Assembly (NCBI GenBank): GCA_963575745.1
Contig: CAUYUJ010000097.1
Coordinates: 1-64,000, forward strand
Source: Prorocentrum cordatum
Lineage: Eukaryota
DNA length: 64,000 bases
Direction of reading: 5' to 3'
Shown: one piece after another, positions 23,586 through 37,480 of the stretch
How the letters are laid out: every line of letters begins with the position of its first letter
How positions within the stretch are numbered: position 1 is the first letter of the stretch
The notes under the pieces: generated by a model
Seen by the model: the letters and a program-made list of their open reading frames with translations, nothing else
The model's database searches: none
Told to the model about the DNA's origin: nothing
Translations under genes and position numbers: made by a program

Positions 23586-25588
23586 CACATCCGCATCCGC
23601 GGCCTCGCGGGCTGAGCTCCTGGCCCGCGGCGCCCTCGGGCACGGGGCGCTGTTTCGCGGGTGCCCCGCGCGGAGCGCATCCGTGCGACCGCGTATTCAC
23701 GGGATCGCGCCCCAGGAGGAGGAGGAGGAGGAGGAGGAGGAGGAGGAGGAGGAGGAGGAGGAGGACGAGGAGGAGGAAGAGGAGGAGGAGGAGGAGGAGG
23801 AGGAGGAGGAGGAGGAGGAGGAGGAGGAAGAGAAGGAGGAAGAGGAGGAGGAGGAGGACGAGGAGGAGGAGGAGGAGGAAGGCATCGCACACGGCCAGGA
23901 TGCGGAAGCAAGGGCGACCTCAGGCCCCATTCGGGCCCCTGGGTCTTCGGGCCTGTTCGCGGCCGAGGCTCGCCGCAGATAGCAAAGCCCCGTTGTTATG
24001 GTCGTGAGCGCGACAGCTCCAGTGAGAGCAGGCTCCACGACGACGCCCCCAGCGGCGACGCCCGCGGCCGCGCCATCGACCTCCGTGGCCAGTGTCGCTG
24101 GGCCGCTGTCGCCAGCCTCGCCGGCCGTGGTGTCGGCCGCGGTGGTCGTGGGCACGGCAGCCAATTCCACAGCGTTGGCAGGGACGCCCACGGCAGCTGC
24201 AGCCACAGCGACAGCGTTCACGGCCGTAGCCAGCAAAGCGATCCAGCGTGGCGCGACGACTGCAGGCATGCGCTGCCGGAGCTCTGCGCGGACTCCCCAG
24301 ATCGGCGCTGGGACCCCTCCGGCGCGCAGCGGCTCTGGCGCCGCCCCTGACGCCGCCTCCGCGCCAGGGGCGGCGCCGGAGGCGCCGCCACGGGGAGCCT
24401 GGCGCGGAGTCGAGAGATCCATGCGGAGCTCCCAGGTCTACGCTTCCGCATGCAGCGGCTCCCCTCACAGCCTGTCTGGAACTGTATCTGTGACAGCCCG
24501 TCTTGTGATGCCCCTGCGGCTTCTCTACGAGACTGGTGGGTCGACCGCCGGGATGCGGAGTCGCTCGGGCGACGTGGCCTCCGTGGCCTCCCACTGCCGT
24601 TCGTGGACTCCCGGATCCAGAGTCGGTCTGGCGACGTGGCCTCCCGCTGCCGTCTCTATCCCTATGCCCTACGCCTTTGCCTCAGTCCCTAGCCCTTCAT
24701 CCCAATCCTATATCCATATCCCTATATCCCTTAGCCCTACAGCCCTATCCAAACCTTCTGACCTACACCTGTCCCTCTCTCCTTATCCTTACACTTCTTG
24801 CCCCTGTCCCTATCCCGATCCCTTCATCGTGCCCCCCAATCCTCGCCTCCCATCGTCACCCCACGTCAAGGCTTCATCGTAATTGTGTAAAGCTGTTCAG
24901 GGTCTTCTGCCGCAAGGGGTTATTCTACTATTTGTGTTTCATTATCCTTCTTCATAATTTGTTTATTATTCGCATAACGTGTCTTATCATCATTATTCTT
25001 AATCATTCTCGTCTTATTCGTATCATTGCGATTGTTCTTTTCTTGACAAAGAGGAGCATGAGGGGACCAACGCCTAATTAGGCGAGCAGAACGAGGAGCG
25101 GCATCCTCTCCTCACTGCTTGTTTCCCCATATGCCCTTCCCCTCCCCTTGCCTCCCTCGCTCTCCTCTCTTGGGCCGGGCTTTCTCGGGTGGCTCGGCCG
25201 TCGAAGGGGCGCTCCCGAGCCAGACCTGGGATTCGGATGGGGCTCTCCTTTCTCCCTCTCCTCCCCTCCGACGGGGGGCGGAGAGGAGGAGGGGGAGGGG
25301 GTAAAGGAGGAGGAGGAGGAGGAGGAGGGGGAGGAGGAGGAGGAGGAGGTGGAGGAGGAGGAGGAGTGTGAGGAGGAGGAGGAGGAGGAGGAGGAGGAGG
25401 AGGAGGAGGAGGAGGCGGATGAGGGGGGGGGAGGGGGAGGACGAGGGGAGGACGGGGGGAGGACGGGGAGGAGGTGGAGGAGGAGGAGGAGGAGGAGGAG
25501 GAGGAGGAGGAGGAGGAGGAGGAGGAGGAGCGCGCGCCGGAGCGGGCGGGGGAGGGCCCCCCCCCCGGCCACCTCGTGGGCCTCCCAG

Positions 25589-25652
25589 GTGGAACAGCCG
25601 GCACATCGCGATGGTCGTGAACGCCTGCGCGCGCGTGAGGCGGCGCGACGAG
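25589..25652 (+). CDS. HPR-like protein, exon F
   Basis: CAG|G...GACGAG|GA (GA donor). Encodes WNSRHIAMVVNACARVRRRDE. Confidence 0.8.
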
Positions 25653-28600
25653 GAGCCGGCGGTGGGAAGCCAAGGGCGCCCTCGAGGGCGCGGAGTTCGC
25701 CGCGCTCCGCGCTTCGCGCTTCGGCTCCGAGCCCTCCTCATCCCTCCCCAGACATGATGGCGTCGTAAAAAAATCAGGACGGGAGGTTTTTCGCTATTTT
25801 CGGCCCCTGGGGGCCCTCGCCGGGCCTCGGGACCGCCAAAAAACGACTCAGGACGAAAAACCGGCCTCAGGGAAAGGGTCTAGATTTCCAGGGGCGCCGT
25901 CCTGAAAAAATCAGGACGTCGCATGTCTGTGTCTCTTCTCCCCTGGCTAGCGGCGCGAGAGCGCGAAGTGCTTCGCGCAGCGCGGAGCGCGGAGTCCAGA
26001 ACGCTCTCGGAGCGTTCCCGACCGCTCTGAGATGGCCGCGGTGCCCAAGATATCCTCCAGAGCCGCCCGAACTCAGAGACTCTCTATTTAGCCTCTCCCG
26101 ACTTCATCCTCGTGCTGGCTCCGTCTGAGAGCGGGAGGTGAGAAGTTGGATGGGTATTTTTAGAGGAGCAGAAGCACAACGCAGGAAGTAGCTTTACTGC
26201 GCGGCAAGTCGCCACGGGCAGCTCTGCGTTGACTCGAGATGGTTCAAATCGGCTGGTGGCCTGTGGCAGAGGCAAGACGTGCACATCATCAATATTATGT
26301 TCAGCCCGCCGTCATCAGCATTCACAAACACTGCAATAATGATGTGAGATTCAAGCAGTGGTACCTTTGTAATTGCTGGCCGTAAAGCGGGGCCCGCGCA
26401 TGATCGGATTCGTCAGGCATTCGTTCAAAATGAAAGCATACGTAAACCGCGTGGCACACAGAACGACAGCTGAACGCGAGGTGTCTCGCAGATAACAGGA
26501 ATGAGGAGGCAGCAGGAGAGCCGGGGAGGAAAGGAGGAAGCTCACCGTAGCCGCGCGCCCGCGGCGCAGGTCGAGGCGCGCGGGCGGGTGACCTCAGAGG
26601 TCTCCGCGGTGGTCCCCAGTGGTCTCCACCGTGGCGCCCTGGAGGCCTTCCCCCGAGATGGCCCGCAAGCGTGCGCAGGGCGCTGCGCGCCTGTCGCACC
26701 CAGACCTCCGACGCCGTGCTTTGATCTCAACACGAGTCTTACGTCTCCCCGATCACAGCGTGGCCCTCCCCCAAAGAGCTCTCGACCTTCTTCCTCGGGG
26801 CCGGCGCCCCATCCCGAGTCGCTTCTTTGGCGGTCCTTGGGCCTGGTGGGGGCCCCCGCGAGGTCGACAAGTCCACAAGTGTCAGAACGTTCCCTCGAGT
26901 TTTCGTTTTCACTGCGCGAGGTAGCATCCTCCACATGAGCGACGCAACAAAGACTTGGTCTTCTCCACCGACACTGGCGCGCAAGCTGCCCGCGTAAGCT
27001 CGCGCGTAAGCGCCCTCGTCTCCAGCGTAGCGTGCCGCGCTGGCGGCCCGCGTAAGCCACCCCGTAAGGTCGTCACGTCATCTCGCGAGAGGCCCGTTTT
27101 CGATCGTCGCTCAACTGTCAGAACCTTCCGTCGAGTTGTCGTTTCACTGCGCGAGTTATCATCCCCCAAACTTTTTTTGTTTCATAGGTCTACGATGGTA
27201 TGCATGGCAGCGGGTGCCGTCTCGCTGTCGACGGGCCCATCATCATGGGCCAAGGATCGGTGCAGATGCGCTCCTGGCCAAGATGCACATGCCCTCATGG
27301 CCAGGCCCTGGGTGCGCACACACTGGGCCTGGATCCAGGACTGGCCAGGATGATCGTGTCCCAGAGATCCGACGTTGGAAAAAAGGCGACGTCGAGAAAA
27401 ATCACGACTGGAGTCCCAGATTGCATCTTTCTGTGGCATTTTTCCAGACAGGTCGATCTGTGATGGCCGCGGGGCGCGACACTCTGCGAGAACGCCCAGC
27501 GCGCAGGACTTGCAGCTCCCGCATCTCAGGGGTGGGTGTATTGCTGAAGGGGTGTGAGAGGACACGAGACCCTTCCAAGGGCCACGTCGCCATAGGAGTG
27601 CAAGAAGGCACGCGTCGCGAGGCACGGGACACAAGGGTACCCTTGAGCTGGCAGGGTCGACCTACTGAGCCGGGCCGACGGCAGGGTGTGGCTTGCGATT
27701 GGCGCCGTCGGGGTTTCGGGGCCACCGCGTTGCGCCAACGGTTTGCTGAGCCTCCGGCAGGGCGCGGCAGAGACCTCTGCCGAGGTCCTCGCCCGCCCTC
27801 CTGCTGAGCCTGCCGGCAGGGCGCGGCAGAGTCCTCTGCCGAGGTGAGCTGCAAACCACCCCCGCTGCAGGTCACTCAGGAGGGGGGGAAAACACACAGA
27901 CACAATCCATCGTCGATTCCCAGGAAAATGCGTGAAAAGATGGGCATGCAGCTCACGGGGGGGATGCCTCGAGCGCCAATCGCCACTTGATCGCCAGTGG
28001 GGGTCTGATAGGCCCCACCCCGCGCAGGACCGTTCGGACTCGCTATCGGGGGCCGATCGCCGATCTATCGGCGATGAAATGATCGCCGATTCCAGATCGA
28101 GGTTTCCCCCCCCCCCCCCCCAAATGCCAATCCCGCCCGAAATCGTCAGAAATCGTCAGAAATCGCAGAAATGCCCAATGCAAAATTGCAAATCGTCAGA
28201 AATCACGACTGGAGCCCTAGATGCAATCTTTCTGCTGAATCTTTCGAGCCAGATCGATCTGTGATGGCCCCAGGAGAACACACCCGGTGTGCAGGACTGG
28301 CACCGCCCGGATCTCGGCTACACACAAGAGTGACCCTTCGCCGGAGTGACCTTTGGGTGCGTGCCCAACGGGTCCCCCGATCGCCGAACGCGGTGCGGCA
28401 ATACTTCGCGCCTTGGGCGCCTGCGTTTGGACCCCTGCGGCCACCCAGCAGCCGCGCACCAGAGGTCACCGCGGCGCTCCCTTTTCCACTGGCTCCTAGG
28501 CAGACTTGGGCCCTCTTGGCCCGTCTTGAGGGCCGCTTGGCTCCGAACAAGTCAAGCGACAATCGCCGTTGTGCCAGAGGTCCCTCCTGCCCAGGGGTCA

Positions 28601-28694
28601 CCCTGGCGTGCAGTCGAGGGTCTCAGGGTTGGGTCTGCAGTCGGCGCCCTCTGGCTCTGGGCAGGGCGCAGGCAGGGCGCATCGTGGGCTGGCC

Positions 28695-28896
28695 TGAAGT
28701 CGGGCCTGTTCCCTCACAGGGGGATTTTCGACGAACAATGAAAAATACCCCAAACATACCCCAAAAAGGTCAAAACATACTAAAGAAATAGTCCCCTGAC
28801 TATTTGTGGACTATGTGTTGATTAGTTTGGGGTATTTTGGGGATATGTTTTATTTTCCGTTCAAAATCCACCTGCAGGGGGACACGCCCGACTTAA
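28695..28896. mobile_element. MITE, TTAAGTCGGGC-TIR family, 8-bp TSD
   Basis: TGAAGTCGGGC... / ...GCCCGACTTAA. TSD GGCTGGCC at 28687-28694 and 28897-28904. Confidence 0.9.
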
Positions 28897-29334
28897 GGCT
28901 GGCCCCCGGGGCCGAGACCCCGTGCGTACGCGCGGAACGTATCCTGGCGACCGCGTATCCACTGGATCGCGCCGCGAAATCCAGACTGCGAGGGCGCGGA
29001 CATGGACATGTTTGCCGCTCGTGGCATGAGGAGACGAGAAGCGAGGAAGAAGAAAGCATCCCGCACGGTCACGACGCTGAAACAATGGCCACCTCAGGTC
29101 CCAGAGGGGCCCCTGGGCCTTCGGGCCTATTCGCGGCCGAGGGCGCGGGCATCCCCCCTCCGCCTCCCCCTCCTCCGCCGCCTCCTCCTCCTCCTCCTCC
29201 TCCTTCGCCTCCTCCTCTTCCTCCGTCGCCGCCGCCGCCTCGTCCTCCTCCTCCTCATCGCCGCCCGGCGAGCGCAGGGCGCGGGGTCACCCGGCAAGCC
29301 CGCGCGCGCCCGCGCGCGGCCGCGCCCCTCGGAG

Positions 29335-29397
29335 GAGCTGCTGGGCCGCGCGGCGGAGGAGCTGCTGCGCCACTGCGGCAGCGGGCCCGTCTCCGAG
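29335..29397 (+). CDS. HPR-like protein, exon G
   Basis: GAG|GAG...TCCGAG|GA (GA donor), 63 bp. Encodes ELLGRAAEELLRHCGSGPVSE. Confidence 0.75.
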
Positions 29398-29779
29398 GAC
29401 GGGGCGCGGGACGGCCCGCCAGACGCGCGCCGCCGGGGCGGGGCCCACTTCCCAGAATTCTTCCTCCTCCTCCTGCTCCTCCTCCTCCACCTCCTCCTCC
29501 TCCTCCTCCTCGTCCTCCTCGTCCTCCTCGTTTTCCTCCGCCTCCTCCTCCTCTTCTTCCTCCTCCCCGATGCCAGACCCCTCCCTCGCGCTGTCAAAGA
29601 ATCACGACGGGAGGTGTTCCGTGGGCCCTTCCTGGGCCTCTGGACCGTCAAAAAACAGTTCGGGATGAAGGGCCGGTCCCCAGGAAGAGGTTAAAACCTC
29701 GTGGGGGTCACGTCATGAAATTACCCCGGCGACGTACCCAGCCCCTTCGCAATTCGGGGCAAGAGTAGCTTGGGAGATT

Positions 29780-31530
29780 TGACGAAATGGCGGCGACGTG
29801 AGATGGACGCATATACTTCTGCGAGCGGCATTCGGAAGGTTCGCAGGAGAGGGACTTTTCTACTTTCGTTACGGACCAGGGCATCGAGCGTTCCATCACC
29901 CTCATCTCCCCCCAGCTCATGAAACGCCACCTGAATCAGGCTGTTCTTCGGGTTCTGGAATAGGATGCTGGTAGCAAATGGGGTGTTCAGCATCGTCTGT
30001 GCTTCGAGACTATTGAGAAAGCGATTCGCAGTCGTCGCTTCTCTCGGGCCGGGCGAAAGGGGGGGATTGGGAAAGGGGGGGTTACGAAATTTGCTGCATG
30101 CAGCTGGTTTCGGCCTCACCGAGGGGCCCATTCCTCGATACATAGCCGCCTCCGGCGCCGGGAGGCGCCGGGAAAATCAGCTACGTGAGCTGATTCTCAA
30201 ACCCCCCCTTTGCTATCCCCCCCTTTCGCCCGACCCGATTCTCGGCCCTGGACCAAGGATGCATCAGAGCCCCAGCTACTAACGCTATCTGGACACGTCA
30301 TCGAGCCAAGGAAAAGGGCTACTCCCTAGATTCCGCCTGCCCTAAGTGTGGTCCTGCCCCTGACACGATCCACCATCGCCTTTGTGTTTGCCAGTGTCCC
30401 GAGGTTGCCGAGCTTCGTTTGAGTTTAACTGGTCAGGAAACTATCAATCGGGGTTTAGCCGAACCCGACCAGGTCCTTTCTCGTTTTGGAGTTTTTGCGC
30501 ACCCTGGGGACTACCCAAAGCCTGCGGCTGAGGCGACAGCCACTTGTCGGGCTCGGGGCGATCTCCCCCAGGATTTCAATCAGTTTATGTTCTGCCGTGG
30601 CATCTTCACGGATGGCAGCGCATCCACGCATGTTTTTCGTGAGTTCAGCAGAGCAGGTTGGTGTTTCACCTGTGTTGAAGGGTGAGTTTCAGGCTAATTA
30701 CAATGTGTGGCCCTGTCCCTCCGTAGTACCCTCAGACAGCTCCTGCAGGAGAGTTTGCTGCCTTCTGTCAGGCTGTTCTCTTCGCTAGCGAACCCTCGGA
30801 TGTTTACGCGGATGCCCAGCTGGTTAAGGACCATATTTCTCTTTCTAGGGTCGAGCAGCTCTCGCTCAATCGTTGCTCTTCGGGATTTGCTCTCTCGATG
30901 CTGCATGCCAAACATCAGGTCAGGCAACTGTGTAAGGTCAAAGCCCACCTTTCTTTAGACGAATGGGACGACCAGCATGATATGATGTGCCGCTTCGGAA
31001 ACCATTTTGTATATTTAAGAGCTAAGAGGGGGTCCGCTGGCGAGGGCTTCCTTGGGCACCCAACCCCCTTTCCTGAAGTATGCACGCACCTGAGTTTTGA
31101 TAACAAACTCGCATGCGCAGTCGCTCTTCTGGGAGCTAAGCTTATTCTTGTGTGGCCGTTCCCAGATTTGGAAGGAGCTGCGTTCGTGAAGCCACCTCGC
31201 GAGAGGCAGGGGAGCCGCCTTAGATGTCAGCGGCAGGCTATCCAGCTTTCCTCGCTTGGTTCGGTACCAGGTTTTTGGACGGGCTCGCAGTGTGGAAAGG
31301 TTAAACTGTTTCTCCGCGCATGACATCCCACCTGCAGCTCCTGCCTGCAGTCCGTCTGCCTCTCTTTCACGTGTCGCTTTGGCAGGAAAAGGGCACCGTT
31401 GCATCGCGTTACAGTGCTCTGACAATGCCGAGCTTGTTGTCTGCCTTGTGTGCTGTTGCCATTCCTCTCTCATGGGGCCACTCGCTACGGCAATTGGAGC
31501 CCGATCTGCAAAGGGCGCCATCCTGTCATG
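29780..31530 (+). pseudogene. Decayed non-LTR (LINE-like) retrotransposon ORF2 3' half: post-RT region, CCHC zinc knuckle, RNase H
   Basis: TFVTDQGIERSITLISPQLM; AIWTRHRAKEKGYSLDSACPKCGPAPDTIHHRLCVC (CCHC); IFTDGSAS...RAGW; KVKAH...GNHF..LRAKRG (RNase H motifs). Contains stops and frameshifts. Confidence 0.8.
30044..30238. mobile_element. MITE with 5-bp TSD inserted in the LINE remnant
   Basis: TIR TCGGGCCGGGCGAAAGGGGGG / CCCCCCTTTCGCCCGACCCGA, TSD TTCTC. Removing it restores the frame IRSRRFSALDQGCIRA. Confidence 0.9.
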
Positions 31531-32639
31531 ATGTAGAGCAAGGGCCATGGCCGGTGTTGTCTACAGCGCCAGCGCCTAGTATGGAGGTTCGGGGGCCTGA
31601 GGTCGTCGTGGAGTCTGCCGTTGGTGGTGGGACGTTTTCGATCGATTCTGGCAGTGGCGATTTTGTCTCTGAGCCTCCTGTTGCCAGCCTTCAGCCGCCC
31701 GCTGTCTCTGCTTCTCTCGACGAAGAGCTCGAGGAAGAAGAGGCAGCTGCTAATTTTTTGTTCGGCAGCCCTGTGCACCGAGGTGATGGTGGGAGGAATG
31801 TCGTCGTTGAGAAGTCTGTCGTCGGTGGGGGGAGTCTTCGAGGGCCAGTGGCAGGGGTGATTTTGCCTGTGAGTTTCCTGCCGCCAGCCTTCAGCCACCC
31901 CCTGCTGCTGCTCCGCCCGAGGGAGAGCTCGCGGGTGTAGATGCAGCGTTTATGTTTTGCTCGACGGCCCTTCCGCTCCAAGTTCAGGGTAGAGGGTCTG
32001 TCGTTGTTGAATCGGGTGTTGGGGGGTCTGGCGGTGGAGGTGGCGCTCCATCTGTTCGCGCTCCCTCTGGGAACGCACCTGGCTCACTTCCTGGTGCGCC
32101 AGTGCGCGTGGCAGCGGCCGCCTCCCCCCTCGACGTGGAGTTCGAAGGTGAGGAGGTGACCACGTTGGCCCCTGTCTCTGATGACCCTTCGGGCCACCTT
32201 TCAGGCGCATTCTGTGCGCGAGTTGGCTCGTCCTCTCGTGAGGCGGGCTTTTCTGGGGCGGCCGCCTCAGCCCCCAACGTGGCTGGTGCATCCTGTGCAC
32301 GTCAGGCCCCTGGCCCCGCTGCCCCATTGTTCCTCCTCCGCCTCTGTGAGCGCGCCTGCGATTCAGGCGTCTGGGACCGGCGGAGGCTGTTTGTTTTGCG
32401 GAGGAGGAGATCGGATCCGACGGTTTTTTTTTGTCGGGATCCGATTAAGTGGCGTCCACTATCATGTTGATGCCAAACATCGGAAGGTCCGCAGGTCCCC
32501 AATCAAGGAGAAACAAACAGAGTAATTGAGTGAACCCCTGAGTCACTAAGGAAAACGCAAGTTCCAAAAGGAAACGGTGGGCAAGGGGCTGGAAACGTCG
32601 GCGGAGCAGCAACAACATGGCATGGCCCCTAGGGGCGGC

Positions 32640-33595
32640 GAGTTCGCGTTCAGGTCTGCGCGGTGCCTCACTCCGCAGGACCCACCAGCAGCCTTCGAAA
32701 GCGGCGACAGTTTCGCAGATCGGAGCCCCCCAGGGACGGAGGTCTCGCTCAGGTCCGCGCGGTGCCTCGCTCCGCTGGACCCGCCCGCAGCCCTCGAAAG
32801 CGGCGACCGTTTTGCAGATCGCAGCCTCCCCGGGACGGGGGGGGTCTCGAAACTCGCGACAGTTTCGCAGATCGCAGCCCCTCACGGGCGGGGGGAGGTC
32901 TCGCTCAGGTCCGCGGGGTGCCTCACTCCGCTAGCCCACCAGGAGCCCTCGAAAGTGGCGACAGTCTCGCAAACCGCAGTCCCCCAGGGACGGGGAGGTC
33001 TCGCTCAGGGCCGCGCGGTGCTTCACTCCGCTGGACCCACCAGCAGCCTTCGAAGGCGGCGAAAATTTCGCAGATCGCAGCCTCCCAGGCACGGGGAGGT
33101 TTCGCTCAGGTCCGCGCGGTGCTTCACTCCGCTGGACCCACCAGCAGCCCTCGAAAGCGGTGGCAGTTTCGCAAATCGCAGCCTCCCAGGCATGGGGAGG
33201 TCTCGATCAGGTCCGCGCGGTGCCTCACCCGCTGGACCCACCGTCAGCCCTCGAAAGTGGCAGCGGCAGTCTCGCAGATCGCAGCCTCCCAGGGACGGAG
33301 AGGTCTTGCTCAGGTCCGCGCGGTGCTTCATTCCGCTGGACCCACCACCGGCCCGCGAAAATGGTGACAATTTCGCAGATCGCAGTCCCCCAGGGACGGG
33401 GAGGTCTGGCTCAGGTCTGCGCGGTGCCTCACCCCGCTGGACCCACCACCGGCCCTTAAAGTGGCGGCAGTTTCGCAGATTGCAGTCCCCCAAGGATTGG
33501 GAGGTCTCGCTCAGGTCCGCGCGGTGCCTACTCCGCTGGACCCACCAGGAGCCCTCGAAAGTGGCGACAGTCTCGCAGATCGCAGCCTCCCAGGC
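32640..33595. repeat. Minisatellite, ~100-bp unit, ~9 copies
   Basis: Unit TCGCTCAGGTCCGCGCGGTGCCTCACTCCGCTGGACCCACC...CGAAAGCGGCGACAGTTTCGCAGATCGCAGCCTCCC. Confidence 0.95.
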
Positions 33596-34119
33596 AAGGC
33601 AAGAGGAGACGAGAAGGGGGGTGCGGGAGGCGGAAGGCAGGAGGCGGGAGGCGTGAGGCGGGAGGAGGAGAAGGAAGCGACCGCAGTGCTCTATTCAAAA
33701 CGTATACCCAACCAAGGAGGGTTGGGAAAAATCATGACGTCCGGGGTCTGGGTTCCTGCCGTGGGGGAGTCGATTAGAGACGTAAGCGTGATCTCTCGCT
33801 GGAGTGACCTCTGGTGCGTGCCCACTGGGGTCCCCCGCTCGCCGAACGCGATGCGGTAGTAGCGTCTTGCGTGTGTGTTGGTCTCCCCGTGGCCCCCCCA
33901 AAGCTGCGCAACAAAGGTCACAAAAGCGAAAGAAGGACCTACACGTACATGAATCCGCGTTGGTTAGTACGCGTTGCACGAACAATCGTGTCACGCGGCT
34001 GGTCCCGCGCATTATGGGACCGTGCTCATGCACGTGGGTCCTGAGAGGTTTTGCGCCGTTGCCGGGCTCTCGGGGCCCTCCACGGGCCCCGGGAGTGTCA
34101 GACAACGGCTCGGGATGGA

Positions 34120-35185
34120 GGTCCCTTCTTGGGAGAAGGCCCCCGGGTTCCAGAACCCGCTTTCCTTTCTTTCTCGAGGCCCAGGCACAGTTTCCTCACA
34201 GCCTCGACTGCTTCAGCTAGAGCAGTCGATTCCGCCGTTCGAAGCGACCCTCAGGACCAGTTCCCGTGCGACGCGGCCCGCCCGCGCGCGCCGCCGTGGG
34301 CGGGGCCCACCTCGATCCGATCGATCCAGTTCGACGGCGACGTCGGCCGCCTCGGTTCGATGCCGATCGGTCCCTTCTTGGGAGAAGGCCCCCGGGTTCC
34401 AGAACCCGCTTCCTTTTCTTTCTCGAGGCCTGGGTCACATGTTGGACGGCCGGCCGCCTATCTCAAGCGTAAGTTTCCTCACAGCCTCGACTGCTTCATC
34501 TAGAGCAGTCGATTCCGCCGTTCGAAGCGACCCTCGAAGGATTGCAAAAAAAAGAAGGATTGCAACGAAGGATTGCAAAAAACGAAGGATTGCAAAAAAC
34601 CTTCGAAGGGTTTTTGTTTGCAATCCTTCGAAGGGTTTTTTTGCAATCCTTCGACCAGTTCCCATGCGACGCGGCCCGCCCGCGCGCGCCGACGGGGGCG
34701 GGGCCCGCTTCGATCCGATCTGATCCAGCTCGACGGCGGCGTCGGCCGCCTCGGTTCGATGCCGATCGGTCCCTTCTTGGGAGAAGGCCCCCGGGTTCCA
34801 GAACCCGCTTCCCTTTCTTTCTCGAGGCCTGGGTCACATGTTGGACGGCCGGCCGCCTATTTCAGGCGCAAGTTTCCTCACAGCCTGGACTGCTTCATTT
34901 AGAGCAGTCGATTCCGCCGTTCGAAGCGACCCTCTCTTGAACGAAGGATTGCAAAAAAAACCTGGATTGCAAAAAAACCTGGATTGCAAAAAAACCATGG
35001 GATTGCAAAAAAAACATGTTTTTTGCAATCCCTGGGTTTTTTTACAATCCAGGGTTTTTTTTGCAAGACCAGTTCCCGCGCGACGCGGCCCGCCCGCGCG
35101 CGCCGCCGTGGGCGGGGCCCGCTTCGATCCGATCTGATCCAGCTCGACGGCGACGTCGGCCGCCTCGCTTCGATGCCGATCGGTC
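34120..35185. repeat. Tandem 250-400 bp repeat, 3 copies; two carry internal inverted GGATTGCAAAAAA clusters
   Basis: GTCCCTTCTTGGGAGAAGGCCCCCGGGTTCCAGAACCCGC at 34121, 34370 and 34769. Confidence 0.85.
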
Positions 35186-36548
35186 CGATTCGATTCCGAT
35201 GGGCGACCGGTCCGATGCCAGATCGATCCGATCGATTTCAGCCGTTCCGATTCGGTCTCGGCCTTTCGATTCCCGATCGATCCGATTCGATTTCGATGCT
35301 CTTCATGAGCTGACAACTAGCATCCATACCTGTACGATCCCAGCATTCGTCGGGGTGGACTTCAGGAATGGCTATGGTGGGTGCGTGTTGTCGGGAGGGG
35401 GCCCCCGCTCGAACGGGGCCCCCCCCGGTTCCCGACGACCCGCACCCATGCCTGTGGCGTCGCCGTGCCAGTGCAGCCCGATCCGACGCTCGTTCCGATC
35501 TGGTCCGATGTACCGACTCGGTGCTGGCTCCTCCTGACAGGGGCGCCCTCGTTGGCGCGGGGGCTCTTCTGGGGCCTCTCCGGCTGCACGCGAGACAGAC
35601 CGGCCAGGGCGGTCTCCACGAATCAGAGGAGGGCGGGCGAGCCGAGACGACGGCAGTCGGCTTTCGAGGGGGTGCTCGCTTCCACGGCTTGACGCAGCTC
35701 GGAGAATTGGTGCGTTTGGACCCCAGGAGGGGGCGGGGGACCGATTTGAGCTGCAGTTGTGTCCTAACTCGCCCTGCTCCGGATGGAGCAAGCGGGTCCT
35801 GAGAGAGAGAGAGAGAGACGAGTCCTGAGGTTTCTCTCCGTTCTCGGCCTCTCAGAGCTCCCCCGAGGCCTCTCCGCTGCACGGCACTCAAGGTCGGGTT
35901 GGACGAAACGGGAGGATGGGGAGGAGAGTTTATACGAAATCTGCTGCGGGAGGAGGAGGAGGAGGAGGAGGAGGGGGAGGAGGAGGAGGAGGAGGAGGAG
36001 GAGGAGGAGGAGGAGGAGGAGGAGGAGGAGGAGGAGGAGGAGAGGAGGGAGGAGGGAGGAGGAGGAGGAGGAGGAGGAGGAGGAGGAGGAGAAGGATTGA
36101 GGATCGAAGGATCGAGGGATCGAGGGATCGAGGGATCCTGATGCAGCATAGGTCTAAACGATCCGCGACTGGGCGTGCTTACGCAGTTCGATATACCTCG
36201 GCGCCTCCAGGGTTATCGTGTCTTTGCCGCGTCGCTTCGCATTGCTGTGCTGCCTGCGGCCTGCCGATCTCGGTCGGTGCGGTTTCGCTGCCAGTTCTCG
36301 GTTTTTTGCGGACGCCGTGCACGGCCTCGGCTTGCGTCTGCACCGGCAAGAGTGAGAAGGAGGAGGAGGAGAAGAAGGAGGAGGAGGAGGAGGAGTAGCT
36401 GGAGAAGGAGGAGGAGGAGGAGGAGGAGGAGGAGGAGGAGGGGGGAGGAAGAGGAGGAGGAGGAGGAGGAGGAGGAGGAGGAGGAGGAGGAGGAGGAGGA
36501 GGGGGAGTCTCTGGAGTCTCTGCCTGATCGCGTAGCGATGTGGTGAAT

Positions 36549-37480
36549 TTAAATACCCGCCACCCTCTTTAGGGTATTGTTGACTCTGGTGGTCGTCTCA
36601 GCTCGACAGAGGACCTTCGGCCAGAGTCCTTCGGAAATCCGCCTAAGGCATTCCTTCCCCGTGCTGGTGGGTTGCTCGCAGAGGTCCCCGAGTTTCCCGA
36701 GGAGCTTCTGGGCGTATGCTCCGCAGTGGGAACATAACCACAGTTGCAGCCCAGCATGGAACCTCAGAGTGTGACTCGAATGAACGAACCCCCCCGCGAT
36801 GTGAACCTGCATACCCATGGGGGCCTCCTTGTAAGTGCCATTGACATTGATGAGTTCGAAACAGCTAGTCTGTAATCAGGAGGTCCGAGAGGCCTTGCTG
36901 GAGCTGCTGAAACACCTACAACACTTGGAGCCTGTCGGGTCAACGCTGTGTTGGGACCCGAAAAACGCACAAAGCTTCGGGGCGGAGGGCTTGGAGGCAG
37001 CCATCCCCTTTTGCCGTCTAGGTCTCGGCACCCCGGAACACTGAAACTCAGCTTTCTCGGCTTCAAGGGCTTCTAGAGCAGTCCTCAACAATCGCATTCG
37101 GACTACATACGCTTTGTGCTCTGCCAGCGCAAGCCGCTGGCGGTCACTGGTGCTGACCCGTGCCTCGTCGGCGGCGATGCCTGCGAGGACGTCTGCGGTG
37201 CAGTTGCCGTAGGCGAGGGGTGAAGATAGTCAGCCCTGCACAATGTCGGCTGCTTCCATGTGCGATGGTATCCACAACACTGTGACATGTCCTGGTCGTC
37301 GTTTCAGGGCGCGCTGAAGTCGGAGCCATAAATCGCCGTCATCCCCGTGGGGTTCAGTGGAATGTCCGTTGTAGAAGTTGAGGTAGCAGCCTTGGTTGTC
37401 GGTAAAATACACAATGTCCTTTTCTGTGGACTCGATTGTTGTGACCATGGCAAGCAATTCTCAAGCAATTCTCCGCGTGC
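36549..37480 (-). pseudogene. Decayed LINE-like retrotransposon 3' end: RNase H and C-terminal zinc finger
   Basis: YFTDNQGC...DGDLWLRL...VLWIPSH...GNCTADVLA (RNase H, with an internal stop), and HSSHTL...WLCSHCGAY...LGDLC. Confidence 0.8.
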
